From the NCBI GenBank assembly GCA_963812135.1, contig CAWETU010000001.1:736001-800000 (forward strand): 64,000 nt of DNA. Reading direction: 5' to 3'. Both the position numbers and the translations under genes were made by a program. Under the pieces are notes generated by a model. The model was given only the letters and a program-made list of their open reading frames with translations. It searched no databases and was not told the origin of the DNA. Origin of the DNA: Vulcanimicrobiota bacterium. GTDB lineage: Bacteria > Vulcanimicrobiota > Vulcanimicrobiia > Eremiobacterales > Eremiobacteraceae. Each line of letters starts with the position of its first letter. Within the stretch, counting starts at the first letter, position 1. This document shows, piece by piece, positions 1 to 9,379 of the stretch.

Positions 1-2
1 AT

Positions 3-395
3 CTCGCAAACGCGAACGTGCAGCGCGTCGACGGCTCTCAGTTCCGCGGGCGGACCGCGGTCTTCGAACCATCGGCGTCGTTCGCCGACGCGATGGACGC
101 GGCGGGCAACTCGAGTTTCGACATCACCGTGGACGATGACGGCGTAGCGCCCGCCGGCGTCCGCTTCGCCGGACTGATGGAGCAAGCCGATCAGCCCGCG
201 TACCGCCTCGACCCGGGCAACCCGCTTGCGGCGACGAGCGGCCCGCACAAAGGTTACGTCGAAGAATCGGGTGTCGATCCCATCGCGCAAATGATCGGCC
301 TGGTCAGCGCCGGTCGCGCGTATGACGCGGACGTGTCGGCGCTGCAAGCCGCCAAGCAGATGGACACCGAAGCGATCGACATCGAGCAAATCTGA
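3..395 (+). CDS. flgC: Flagellar basal-body rod protein FlgC (5'-truncated by window edge)
   Basis: Reads LANANV...FRGRTAVF; C-terminal GYVEESGVDPIAQMIGLVSAGRAYDA...AKQM rod motif; directly upstream of fliE. Confidence 0.85.
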   Translation, partial: LANANVQRVDGSQFRGRTAVFEPSASFADAMDAAGNSSFDITVDDDGVAPAGVRFAGLMEQADQPAYRLDPGNPLAATSGPHKGYVEESGVDPIAQMIGLVSAGRAYDADVSALQAAKQMDTEAIDIEQI

Positions 396-685
396 TGACT
401 GCCCCCATCGAGCCGGTCGCTGCCCTTCGACCCGCGCTGCTGATCGAACGCGTTGACGCTCCTACGAATGAAGGCGGCGGCAGTCCCTTCGCGGCGCTCA
501 TCGAGGACGCGTCCGCTTCGTTGCGCCGCGCCGACGACGCCGCAGCGCTGGTGGCGTCGGGTCACGGCAACGTCGCGACGGCGGCGGTCGCCCGCGCGCA
601 TGCCGATGTCGCCCTCGAGGTCGCCGCCATCACGGCCTCGCGCGTCAGCGGCGCGATCGCGACGCTGTTGCAAACGCAGGTGTGA
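395..685 (+). CDS. fliE: Flagellar hook-basal body protein FliE (divergent)
   Basis: 96 aa; F..LIEDA and C-terminal ADVALEVA...ATLLQTQV pattern; lies between flgC and fliF. Confidence 0.75.
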   Translation: MTAPIEPVAALRPALLIERVDAPTNEGGGSPFAALIEDASASLRRADDAAALVASGHGNVATAAVARAHADVALEVAAITASRVSGAIATLLQTQV

Positions 686-688
686 TCC

Positions 689-2098
689 GTGCTGGCGCGC
701 TTGCCCGCGTCGCTGCCGCGCGTCATCGAGGATTGCGCCGTCTGGGCACATCGGCGGCGAAGACCGGTGACCGCAGCGGCGTGTGCGGTTGCGCTCACCG
801 TGGCGTTCTGCGCGATCGTCGCGCGCAACATCGCGCCCGTATCGCTGTTCGACGCGCCATTGCATCCGAAGCAGACGACTGAAGTCGCGCAAGCGCTGAC
901 GCTGTGGAACGAGCCGTTCACCGTGAACGCGCAGTCGACGCAGATCTACGTCGCCGCCCGGCGGCGGCGCGAGTTGCTGGTACTTCTTTCTTTGGCCGAC
1001 TTGCCGCACGGATACGTTCCGACCACCGCTGATGTCTTGCAAACCCAAGACAATCCGCTGACGCCGCCGGAAATCGTCGACGATCGGCGCCGCGCGGGAA
1101 TCGAGGGCGATCTCGTCGCCGGGCTGCGGCGCATCGATGGCGTCGCCGATGCTGCAGTCGTCATCGCGCCTGCAAGCGGCGACGCATTTGCGGACGCCGG
1201 CGACCGCTCGCCGCCGAGCGCGAGCGTGCAACTCATCTTGCAGCCGGGGGTCCAGCTGAGCGCGACCGCCGTCGCCGGCATCCGAAGGTTCGTCGCAGCC
1301 GGCTACCCTGGGCTGAGCGCGGACAAAGTTGCAGTGGTCGACGGTTCGGGCGCGCTCTTGGGAGCCACGCCGGATCGAGCCGCTGCGCGCGAGTCGCGCA
1401 TCCAAGCCAACGTGCAGTCAGCGCTCGACGGCGCCCTCGGCGCCGGAGCTGCCATCGTGCGCGTGAGTGTTCGCACCGCGGGCTCGGAACAATCGGTGCA
1501 AAGCACGAGCGTCGTGCCGCACGGTCTGCTTGACGCCGATACCGGCAGCGAATCGGGCGCCGAGAACGGTCGCAAGCTGAACAAACAGCGTACGACGCGT
1601 CACTACGCGTATGACACCATCGTCGAACACCGCAATATCGCCGCCGACGCCATCGGCCGGATCTCAGTCGCCGTGTTCCTCGATGCGTCGCGAGTCGACG
1701 CCTCGCACAGCGCTGCCATCAGCTCGCTTGTCCGCGCCAGTGCGGGCGCTGATCTCAATGCAGGCGACGACGTGGTCGTCGAGTCCGTTCCATTCGCCCT
1801 CAAACCGACGCCCGTCATCGCGGCAGCGCCCGCCCCCTTGGCGCAAGCGATGTTGCCAGTCGCGGCGATGATGCTCGTCGCGGTCGCCCTCGGCGTCACG
1901 CTTTGGCCGCAACGAGCCGGGCATCGCGACTCGGCTGTCGCGGGGCTGCGAAGCTCGCTTGACCGTGAATCGCCGCGCACCGCGGCATATGTGCTGTCGA
2001 CCCTGCCGCAGTCGACGCGCGAGCGCGTCCTCGCGTCATACGGTCCGTTGCGCCGCGCCTCGATCGAAGCGTGCCTGCAAGACCAACATGTCCGCTGA
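689..2098 (+). CDS. fliF: FliF/YscJ-family M-ring protein with C-terminal FliG-like tail
   Basis: N-terminal TM; IEGDLVAGLRRIDGVADAAVVI, PSASVQL, GLSADKVAVVDGSG, IGRISVAVFLD, GDDVVVESVPF; second TM near C-terminus. Confidence 0.8.
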   Translation: MLARLPASLPRVIEDCAVWAHRRRRPVTAAACAVALTVAFCAIVARNIAPVSLFDAPLHPKQTTEVAQALTLWNEPFTVNAQSTQIYVAARRRRELLVLLSLADLPHGYVPTTADVLQTQDNPLTPPEIVDDRRRAGIEGDLVAGLRRIDGVADAAVVIAPASGDAFADAGDRSPPSASVQLILQPGVQLSATAVAGIRRFVAAGYPGLSADKVAVVDGSGALLGATPDRAAARESRIQANVQSALDGALGAGAAIVRVSVRTAGSEQSVQSTSVVPHGLLDADTGSESGAENGRKLNKQRTTRHYAYDTIVEHRNIAADAIGRISVAVFLDASRVDASHSAAISSLVRASAGADLNAGDDVVVESVPFALKPTPVIAAAPAPLAQAMLPVAAMMLVAVALGVTLWPQRAGHRDSAVAGLRSSLDRESPRTAAYVLSTLPQSTRERVLASYGPLRRASIEACLQDQHVR

Positions 2099-2666
2099 AT
2101 TCGGCCCGCTGCGTGTGCGCCGCTATCGTGCGCCCGCACAGTCGTTGGAATCGGCGCAGAGCGCGGCGCCCGAATCGCCGCCGCAGGTGGGTTCGCCGGA
2201 TGGCGAGGATGCGGCGCCAGTGGTCGCAGCGGACTCGCCGGCGTCGTGCGCGCTCGCGACAAGCGCCGCACAGCCAGCCGCAAATGAAGTTCCGGATCAT
2301 AGCGACATTCCCGCGGCTTACGAACCTCCCTCATATGATGAAGAGCGCTTCGAAGCCGCCGTCCGCGAGGAGGCGATCCGTTTCGCATCCATCGCCGTTG
2401 CTCGCGCCCTGCGCGTCGCACTGGTCGACGATGCCACGCTCGCCAGGTACGTGGACGACGCGTTGCGCGCGTGTGGCCGTGGCGGACGAGCGACCGTCCG
2501 GCTACATCCGCGCGACGCGCCCGCCTATCGGCCCACCGGCGATCTCGAGGTCGTCAGCGACGATTCGTGTGAAGCGGGCCAAGTGGTGATCGAACTTCCC
2601 ACAGGTTCGCTCGGCGCGACCGCCGACGAACGTGCTGCGTTGCTGGTCAGAGCGGTCGCGTGCTGA
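2088..2666 (+). CDS. fliH: FliH/SctL-family export apparatus stator
   Basis: C-terminal TVRLHPRD...VVSDDSCEAGQVVIELPTG motif; immediately upstream of fliI; ATG at 2088 chosen. Confidence 0.75.
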   Translation: MSAEFGPLRVRRYRAPAQSLESAQSAAPESPPQVGSPDGEDAAPVVAADSPASCALATSAAQPAANEVPDHSDIPAAYEPPSYDEERFEAAVREEAIRFASIAVARALRVALVDDATLARYVDDALRACGRGGRATVRLHPRDAPAYRPTGDLEVVSDDSCEAGQVVIELPTGSLGATADERAALLVRAVAC

Positions 2667-3994
2667 CCGCGCGCCCTTTTCCAGTCACATATCCAGAGGC
2701 CGATGGCTTCGTCCGCCGCGGTACCGTGCAACGCGTCACGGCCGAGACGATCGACGTGCGGTGCCCTGCGCTGACGTCCGGAGACGCAGTGTTGATCGAA
2801 GGGTTCAGCGATGCGAGTCCGGTGATCGCAGAGGTCACGATGACGGGCGTCGACGGCGCTCGTTGTGCCACGCTCGAGCACGGCGCGCGGATTCGCGTCG
2901 GCGCAAACGTGTTGTGTGCTGGGGGACGAGTGGGAGCGTACGCCGGCGAGGTCTTGCTCGGTCGCGCGCTCGATGCGTGGGGGCGCGATCTCGACCACGC
3001 GCCCGTTAGGGGCCGCATCGTCGTGCCGCTCGAATCGCGACCGCTCGACGCGCGGACGCGGGGGCCGATCGAGAGCCCGCTGCGCACCGGCATCGCAGCC
3101 ATCGACGCCCTCACGACGATCGGCTATGGCCAGCGGGTCGCCTTGACTGCCGGCGCCGGCGTCGGCAAGACGGCGCTCTTGCGCCGCATCGTCGAGCATG
3201 CCGAGGCGGATGCGCGCGTCATCGCGCTCGTCGGCGAACGGGGCCGAGAGGCGGCCGAGACCGTGCGGCGGCTGCGCGCCCTTCCGGAGTGGCCGCGCAC
3301 CTCGCTGTATTGCGCCACATCCGAAACCAGCGCGATCGAACGGTTGACGGCGGCACGCAGCGCGACCGCCCAAGCAGAGTGGCTGTGCCGCAACGGACGA
3401 CACGTGCTGCTGGTGATCGACTCGCTCACACGCGTCGCGAACGCGTGGCGCGAGTTAGCGCTCGCTGCTGGCGAACCGATGGGTCCGCGGGGCTATCCGG
3501 CGTCGCTCGGCAGCACGCTTGCGCGACTCGTCGAGCGCGCCGGCGCCCGCCCCCAAGGATCGATCACCGCGGTGTACGCCGTCTTGGTCGAGGGCGACGA
3601 CCCGTTTGAGCCGGTCACCGACGCGCTGCGCGCGCTGCTCGACGGCCATATCGAGCTTTCGCGCACGCACGCGCAGGCCGGTCGATTTCCGGCGATCGAC
3701 GCGTTGCGTAGCCTGAGCCGCTCGATGCCCGATGTCGTAAGCCCGGCCCAGCGGGCCGACGCCGCGCTGGTCAGGCGCGCGCTTGCGACGCTGGAAAACG
3801 CTGAAGACCTGATCGCGATCGGCGCATATCGCGCGGGTTCGGACGCGTGGCTCGACGCGTGCGTCGCGTTGCGCCCGGCGATCGAATCGTTGATCTTCGA
3901 CGGACTTGGCCGTCCCGACGATCCGTTGGTCCGGCTCGCCGCGCTTGCAAACGAATTGCGACGCACCCCTGGACCAGTGCCGGCAGTCGCGTGA
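2660..3994 (+). CDS. fliI: FliI/YscN-family export ATPase
   Basis: Walker A AGAGVGKT, LVGERGRE, LLVIDSLTR, LLDGHIELSR, FPAIDALRSLSR. Confidence 0.93.
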   Translation: MLTARPFPVTYPEADGFVRRGTVQRVTAETIDVRCPALTSGDAVLIEGFSDASPVIAEVTMTGVDGARCATLEHGARIRVGANVLCAGGRVGAYAGEVLLGRALDAWGRDLDHAPVRGRIVVPLESRPLDARTRGPIESPLRTGIAAIDALTTIGYGQRVALTAGAGVGKTALLRRIVEHAEADARVIALVGERGREAAETVRRLRALPEWPRTSLYCATSETSAIERLTAARSATAQAEWLCRNGRHVLLVIDSLTRVANAWRELALAAGEPMGPRGYPASLGSTLARLVERAGARPQGSITAVYAVLVEGDDPFEPVTDALRALLDGHIELSRTHAQAGRFPAIDALRSLSRSMPDVVSPAQRADAALVRRALATLENAEDLIAIGAYRAGSDAWLDACVALRPAIESLIFDGLGRPDDPLVRLAALANELRRTPGPVPAVA

Positions 3995-4047
3995 TAGGCA
4001 ATCGCGTCGACTCGCGCATTCTTGAAACGGCATCGGAGGCTCTTCAC

Positions 4048-4776
4048 ATGAGTATTTCGCCAGCTGCACCCCAGGGATTACAATGGCCTGCGCCCGTCGC
4101 CAGACGCCCGTGGCCGCTCGAAGCGATCGACGGGCCAGACCAACCTTCATCTCCAACGCAGGATGGGTCGACGGACTCGGCGGCTCCGGCGAACCAACCC
4201 AATGACGCATCTGCGCCGCTCAGTCTCACGAAGCTCATCGCGCAGCTCTCACGGCAGCTCACGTCGATCGAGCAGACCTTCACGCGCGCGCTACAGGCAC
4301 TGACGAAGAGCGTCGAATCAACGGCTTCATCGGACATCGCATCCAGCGTGCCGGCCAACAATAGCGGCGCGGCTGCGCTGGGACCCAGCCCCTATGACGG
4401 TCTGATCCGCCGCGCGGCCAACCGCCACGATCTCGACCCCGCGCTGCTTGGCGCCGTCGTCCGCCAGGAGTCCGGCTTCGACCCGAACGCGCGCTCGAGC
4501 GCCGGCGCCATGGGATTGATGCAGCTGATGCCCGACACCGCGCGCTCGCTCGGCGTGAAGAATGCGTTTGATCCGGCGCAGAACGTCGAGGGCGGCGCGA
4601 AGCTGCTGCGCGGTTTGATCGACCGCTACTCCGGGCGGCTCGACTTGGCGCTCGCGGCGTACAACGCGGGATCCGGCGCGGTGGACAAGTACCATGGCGT
4701 TCCGCCATATGCGGAAACCCGCGAGTATGTGCATTCGATCCTGGCCGATTACCGGGTCCGGGCGCTCGGCGCCTAG
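4048..4776 (+). CDS. SLT-domain lytic transglycosylase
   Basis: RQESGF, GAMGLMQLMP, ALAAYNAG motifs; GGAGG upstream of ATG 4048. Confidence 0.9.
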   Translation: MSISPAAPQGLQWPAPVARRPWPLEAIDGPDQPSSPTQDGSTDSAAPANQPNDASAPLSLTKLIAQLSRQLTSIEQTFTRALQALTKSVESTASSDIASSVPANNSGAAALGPSPYDGLIRRAANRHDLDPALLGAVVRQESGFDPNARSSAGAMGLMQLMPDTARSLGVKNAFDPAQNVEGGAKLLRGLIDRYSGRLDLALAAYNAGSGAVDKYHGVPPYAETREYVHSILADYRVRALGA

Positions 4777-4801
4777 CCGGTCAGCAACCGCCGGTGGACG
4801 C

Positions 4802-4831
4802 TTGACACGGGTGTACGAAGCACAGTAAACT
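4802..4831 (+). promoter_or_regulatory. Sigma70-type promoter of the metal ABC operon
   Basis: TTGACA (4802-4807), 18-nt spacer, TAAACT (4826-4831). Confidence 0.6.
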
Positions 4832-4854
4832 TATCGAGAATGATTCTCGATAAG
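4830..4854. promoter_or_regulatory. Fur/Zur-family operator, perfect 12-1-12 palindrome
   Basis: CTTATCGAGAAT-G-ATTCTCGATAAG overlapping the -10 element and the ATG; a Fur-family gene lies in the same operon. Confidence 0.85.
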
Positions 4855-5787
4855 CATAAGACGCGACGCGCCCTCAGGTCCGCAGTGGCACTCACCATCG
4901 CTGTGTTGACCGGCTGCACCTCGCAACAACCGACTAGCGCACCGCAACCCACGACGACTCCGTCGTCCAGCCAACGCCTCCAAGTCGCCGCGACGATCTC
5001 GACGCTCGCAGCGCTCGTCAAGGCGGTCGGCGGCGACAAGGTCGACGTCGTGAGCATTGTGCCGATCGGCGTCTCGCCCGAAACGTATGACCCCTCGCCT
5101 CGCGACCTCATCGCCGTTGCAAACGCCCATATCATTTTCAAGAACGGCGCCGGACTCGAGATCTGGCTCGACAAGATGCTGCGCGCCGTCGCCAAGCCGA
5201 GCACCAAAGTCGTTGTGCTTTCGGACGGCCTGCCGGTCGCGGGCGCCAAAGGCCCGGGCGAACCAGGCAATCCGCATCTTTGGCTCGATCCGACATACGC
5301 GCAGGTGTACGTCCATAAGATCGCCGCGGCGCTGAGCGAGGTCGATCCCGCGAATGCGGCCTACTATAGCGCGCGCGAGAAAGCCGAGCAGAAGCAGTTG
5401 GCGCAGCTCGACGCGTGGATCAAGCAGCGCATCGCCACCATTCCGCCGGCGAACCGCACGATGCTGGCGTTCCACGACGCGTGGTACTATTTCGATCGCC
5501 GCTACGGCATCCGCGACGTCGGCGCCATCGAGCAGTCGCCCGGCCAATCGCCGTCCGCCGCGTATCTCGCGGCGCTGATCGCGCAAGCGCGCGCGAGCGG
5601 CACCCGCGCGGTGTTCGCTGAACCGCAGTTCTCCCCTAAACTTGCCCAACAGCTCGCCGCCAGCGCCGGCATTAAGACGGTGACGAACCTCTACGATGAC
5701 ACGCTCGGCACGACGCCGGAGCTACAGACATACGACGGGATGTTGCGTTACGATGTCGATACTATCGTCAAGGCATTGACATCATGA
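4840..5787 (+). CDS. znuA: Metal (Zn/Mn) ABC transporter substrate-binding lipoprotein, ZnuA family
   Basis: Lipobox VLTGC; NGAGLE, NPHLWLDP, FHDAWYYF motifs. Confidence 0.9.
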   Translation: MILDKHKTRRALRSAVALTIAVLTGCTSQQPTSAPQPTTTPSSSQRLQVAATISTLAALVKAVGGDKVDVVSIVPIGVSPETYDPSPRDLIAVANAHIIFKNGAGLEIWLDKMLRAVAKPSTKVVVLSDGLPVAGAKGPGEPGNPHLWLDPTYAQVYVHKIAAALSEVDPANAAYYSAREKAEQKQLAQLDAWIKQRIATIPPANRTMLAFHDAWYYFDRRYGIRDVGAIEQSPGQSPSAAYLAALIAQARASGTRAVFAEPQFSPKLAQQLAASAGIKTVTNLYDDTLGTTPELQTYDGMLRYDVDTIVKALTS

Positions 5788-6695
5788 GCGAGCATGAAAC
5801 CGTGCACAACCACACCCACGTCGATCCGGCGACGCCGACCGCGCCGGCCGATCATAGCCATGCGGTCACCGCCACCAAGCCGCATCTGCATCAGCATCGC
5901 GATCATCGGCCGCCGGAGCCGCGCGATATATCGGTCGGCGCGAACAGCGCGATCGACTTGGAAGGCGTGTGCGCGGGCTACTTCGGCCGCGACGTGCTCG
6001 ACGAGGTCAGCCTCGATGTCAAGCGCGGCGAGTTCGTCGGGATCATCGGCCCCAACGGCGCCGGCAAATCGACGCTGCTCAAGGTCATCGCAGGACTGCT
6101 CGAGCCGCAGTGCGGCATCGTGCTCGTCCTCGGCAAGCCGCCCGGCCACGGCCAACCTATAGGCTACGTGCCGCAGACCGAAGCGGTGAATTGGACATTC
6201 CCGGTCAGCGTTCTCGACGTCGTGCTCATGGGTGTGTACGGCAAGCTCGGCCTGTTCCACCGGCCCGGCGAAACTGAGCACCGCGCCGCGTTGAGAGCGC
6301 TTGAGGAAGTCGGCATGCGCGAGTTTGCGGACGAGCAGATCGGCGAGCTCTCCGGTGGACAGCAGCAACGCGTTTTTGTGGCGCGCTCGCTGGTGCAAAA
6401 CCCCGAGCTGCTGCTGTTGGACGAGCCGATCTCCGGCGTCGACGCGACGAGCCAGCACGCGATCTTCACCTTGCTCGAGGAGCGCCAGAAAAGAGGCCAG
6501 ACGATCGTGGCCACAACGCACGACCTGTCGTGCGTGGCCACGTGGTTCGACAAAGTGCTGTGCCTCAACCATCGCGTGATCGCCTATGGGCCGCCGGACC
6601 AGGTGCTCACCGATGCGACGCTGTCCGCGACCTTCGGTAGTCACGTGTTGGTCATCCCCGACGCGCAGGCCGCAGTCCGGTCGGCGCAGCTCTAA
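5784..6695 (+). CDS. znuC: Metal ABC transporter ATPase with His-rich N-terminal extension
   Basis: [24 protein letters not shown]; 10 His in the first 41 aa. Confidence 0.92.
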   Translation: MSEHETVHNHTHVDPATPTAPADHSHAVTATKPHLHQHRDHRPPEPRDISVGANSAIDLEGVCAGYFGRDVLDEVSLDVKRGEFVGIIGPNGAGKSTLLKVIAGLLEPQCGIVLVLGKPPGHGQPIGYVPQTEAVNWTFPVSVLDVVLMGVYGKLGLFHRPGETEHRAALRALEEVGMREFADEQIGELSGGQQQRVFVARSLVQNPELLLLDEPISGVDATSQHAIFTLLEERQKRGQTIVATTHDLSCVATWFDKVLCLNHRVIAYGPPDQVLTDATLSATFGSHVLVIPDAQAAVRSAQL

Positions 6696-6698
6696 GGC

Positions 6699-7565
6699 GT
6701 GGATTGGCTGCTCGTCCCCTTGCAACAGGACTTCATGGTGCGCGCGCTCATCGCGTCGACGCTGATCGGCTTGGTCTGCAGCGTCGTCGGCGTCTACGTC
6801 GTGCTGCGCAACCTCGCGTTCATCGGCGACGGCATCGCGCACGCGTCATTCGCCGGTATTGTGATCGCGTATCTTCTCAAGTTCAATCTCTACGTCGGCG
6901 GACTCATCGTGGCGGTGCTCACGGCGCTTGGTATCGGCGCGATCAGCCGGCGTTCGGAGGTTTCGGTGGACACGGCGATCGGCGTCATGTTCACGTCGGT
7001 TTTCGCGTTGGGCGTGCTTCTCATGTCGAGGGCGCGCAACTACATCGTCGATCTGCAAGATTTCTTGTTCGGAAATGTGCTCGGCGTCGACCGGACGGAC
7101 ATCATCCTTGTCGCGAGTCTGACGTGCGGTGTCCTCATCATCATCTTCGCGCTGTACAAAGAGCTGCTGTTCGCGTCGTTTGATCCGCTCATGGCGCAGG
7201 CGAGCGGCCTGCCGGTGACCGCGCTGAGCAACTTGCTGCTCGTCATCCTCGGCGTGACCATCATCGTGTCGCTGCAGGCTGCCGGCATCGTGCTCGTCGC
7301 AGCGCTGTTGGTGACGCCGGCGGCGGCTGCGTTCCAGTTGACCAACCGTTTCGGCGCGATGATGGCGACGTCGGCGGCGATCGGCGTCGGCTCGGCGATC
7401 GTCGGTCTGTACGCGTCGTACTATCTCAACGCGGCGTCGGGCTCGACGATCGTGCTCACCGCGACGTTGTGCTTCTTCGCGGCGATGGCGTTCTCGCCCA
7501 AGCGCCGCTCGTTGCTCACCCAAGTGCTTGAGGCGCGCCGTCGTGCGCGATCGGCGACCCCATGA
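6699..7565 (+). CDS. znuB: Metal ABC transporter permease
   Basis: GDGIAHASFAG, FLFGNVL, LLVTPAAAA; multiple TM segments. Confidence 0.92.
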   Translation: MDWLLVPLQQDFMVRALIASTLIGLVCSVVGVYVVLRNLAFIGDGIAHASFAGIVIAYLLKFNLYVGGLIVAVLTALGIGAISRRSEVSVDTAIGVMFTSVFALGVLLMSRARNYIVDLQDFLFGNVLGVDRTDIILVASLTCGVLIIIFALYKELLFASFDPLMAQASGLPVTALSNLLLVILGVTIIVSLQAAGIVLVAALLVTPAAAAFQLTNRFGAMMATSAAIGVGSAIVGLYASYYLNAASGSTIVLTATLCFFAAMAFSPKRRSLLTQVLEARRRARSATP

Positions 7566-7999
7566 GCGCGAAACCGCGCGAGCGCGACGCCCTCGACGAG
7601 CGCTTGGCGCGCAGCGGCGGGCGTATGACCACGCAGCGCAAGACGATCGTCGCCGAATTCGAGCGGCTGCGCCGCTACGTGACCCCGCAAGAACTGCATC
7701 GCAGGCTCGCCGACAGCCGCCCGCGCATCGCGCTGGCCACTGTCTACCGGACGCTTGAAATGCTCGAGGGCATCGGCGCTGCGTCGCGCGCGCCGCGCGC
7801 GCATGGTGAAGCGGCATATCTGTTCTGCGCGCCGACGCACCATCACCACGCCGTCTGCACCCAATGCGGCAAGGTCGATGACGTGCCGTGCGGCTCGGTC
7901 GAACGCTTCGCGCGCACGCTTGCGAAAGGTCTGCGCTTCCAGCTGCGCCAGCACAGCCTCGAGTTCTACGGCGTGTGCGCCCGCTGCTCCGGCGCCTAG
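7562..7999 (+). CDS. Fur-family transcriptional regulator (probably Zur)
   Basis: RMTTQR, LATVYRTL, HHHHAVCTQCG, FYGVCARC. Confidence 0.92.
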   Translation: MSAKPRERDALDERLARSGGRMTTQRKTIVAEFERLRRYVTPQELHRRLADSRPRIALATVYRTLEMLEGIGAASRAPRAHGEAAYLFCAPTHHHHAVCTQCGKVDDVPCGSVERFARTLAKGLRFQLRQHSLEFYGVCARCSGA

Positions 8000-8069
8000 C
8001 GACTTTTCCGCAACGCCCCAGCGCCCGCACGCCAGGCCCGGCGCCGCGCCGACGCGAATGACGCGCGCC

Positions 8070-8741
8070 ATGCCCCAAAAGCCATCAGCGCCGCCCGTCG
8101 ATCGGACGGGCCGTATAGCGACGCTCGCGTTCGGCGTGTTCGTCATCATCGGCATCATCGCGCTCATCGCCTACACGATGACGCATCAGAACGCGCCCGC
8201 CGCGGTCAGTCCGGCGGCGACGCAGACCGCGACACCGGTGCCGCGGCCGAGCGAAACGCCGGGAACCCACTTCAAATCGCAAGGCCACCCCGGTCACGAC
8301 CAGAAGGACCCGAGCAAGATGGGCAGCTTCCGTTACAATTCGGATCCGCCCACGTCCGGGATGCATTTCGAAAAGTTTACCGACGCCCTCATCAACACGA
8401 AACCGCTGCCGAAGTACATACAAGTGCATGTGCTCGAGCACGGCAACGTGTTGCTGCAGTACAATTGCACCTGTCCGGACATAGCCGGCGCGTTGGCGCA
8501 GATCGCGTCGAGTTACAACAACCGCCAACTACCCGCGGGCAGCGCTGAGTTCACTCCTGATATCGTGCAAACGATCGAAGAGAATGGCTCTGGCGTGATC
8601 GTCGCGCCCTACCCGGGCATGAAATCCAAGATTGCGCTCACCGCGTGGACTCGGCTGCAGACCTTTGACGCGATCGATCAGGCGAGCATGGTGCGCTTCA
8701 TCAACGCCTACTTGACCAATCAGGAGAACGCCGCTCAGTGA
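8070..8741 (+). CDS. DUF3105-domain membrane-anchored protein
   Basis: N-terminal TM; YNSDPPTSGMH, VHVLEHGNV, ALTAWTR; start may be 8058. Confidence 0.8.
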   Translation: MPQKPSAPPVDRTGRIATLAFGVFVIIGIIALIAYTMTHQNAPAAVSPAATQTATPVPRPSETPGTHFKSQGHPGHDQKDPSKMGSFRYNSDPPTSGMHFEKFTDALINTKPLPKYIQVHVLEHGNVLLQYNCTCPDIAGALAQIASSYNNRQLPAGSAEFTPDIVQTIEENGSGVIVAPYPGMKSKIALTAWTRLQTFDAIDQASMVRFINAYLTNQENAAQ

Positions 8742-9373
8742 AACTGACGAACAGCATCGTGCCTGCCGCGGCGATCGCAGCGCTCGTCCTGGCCGGCTGC
8801 GCCAAGGGCGACAGCAACACGAGCGCCGCCGCATCGCCTTCCGCCGCCTCGCTCGCGGCAGCCCCGAGCTCCTCGCCGCAGACGATCGCGCTGACGTTTT
8901 TGGGCACACACTACCCCTCGCAAGGCCACCGGCATTTCGACCCGGGCGAGTCGACCAAGTTCGCCTACAACTCGGACCCGCCGACGTCCGGCCCCCACTT
9001 GGAGATGTTCAGCTCTTCGTTCAACAACGCGACGCCGCTGCCGGCGTTCGTCCAAGCCCACCTGCTCGAGCACGGCAATATCTTGCTGCAATACAACTGC
9101 AACTGCCCCGATATCGCCGGCGCGCTTTATCAGATCGCGTACAAGTACGACAGCCGGCTCATCCCGCCGGACCAGATGCAGGCGACGCCGGCCCAAGTGC
9201 AGGCCGCCGAAGAGGCCGGTGAGTCGGTCGTCGTGGCGCCGTATCCGGGGATGAAGCACAAGATCGCGCTGACGGCGTGGACCCGCCTCGGCACGCTCGA
9301 CTCGATCGATCAGGCCAAGATCGAATCGTTCATCAACGCGTACCTGCACAACCAAGCGAACACCGCGCAATAA
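8738..9373 (+). CDS. DUF3105-domain lipoprotein (paralog of the upstream gene)
   Basis: Lipobox LAGC; YNSDPPTSGPH, HLLEHGNI, ALTAWTR. Confidence 0.82.
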   Translation: MKLTNSIVPAAAIAALVLAGCAKGDSNTSAAASPSAASLAAAPSSSPQTIALTFLGTHYPSQGHRHFDPGESTKFAYNSDPPTSGPHLEMFSSSFNNATPLPAFVQAHLLEHGNILLQYNCNCPDIAGALYQIAYKYDSRLIPPDQMQATPAQVQAAEEAGESVVVAPYPGMKHKIALTAWTRLGTLDSIDQAKIESFINAYLHNQANTAQ

Positions 9374-9379
9374 CCACTG

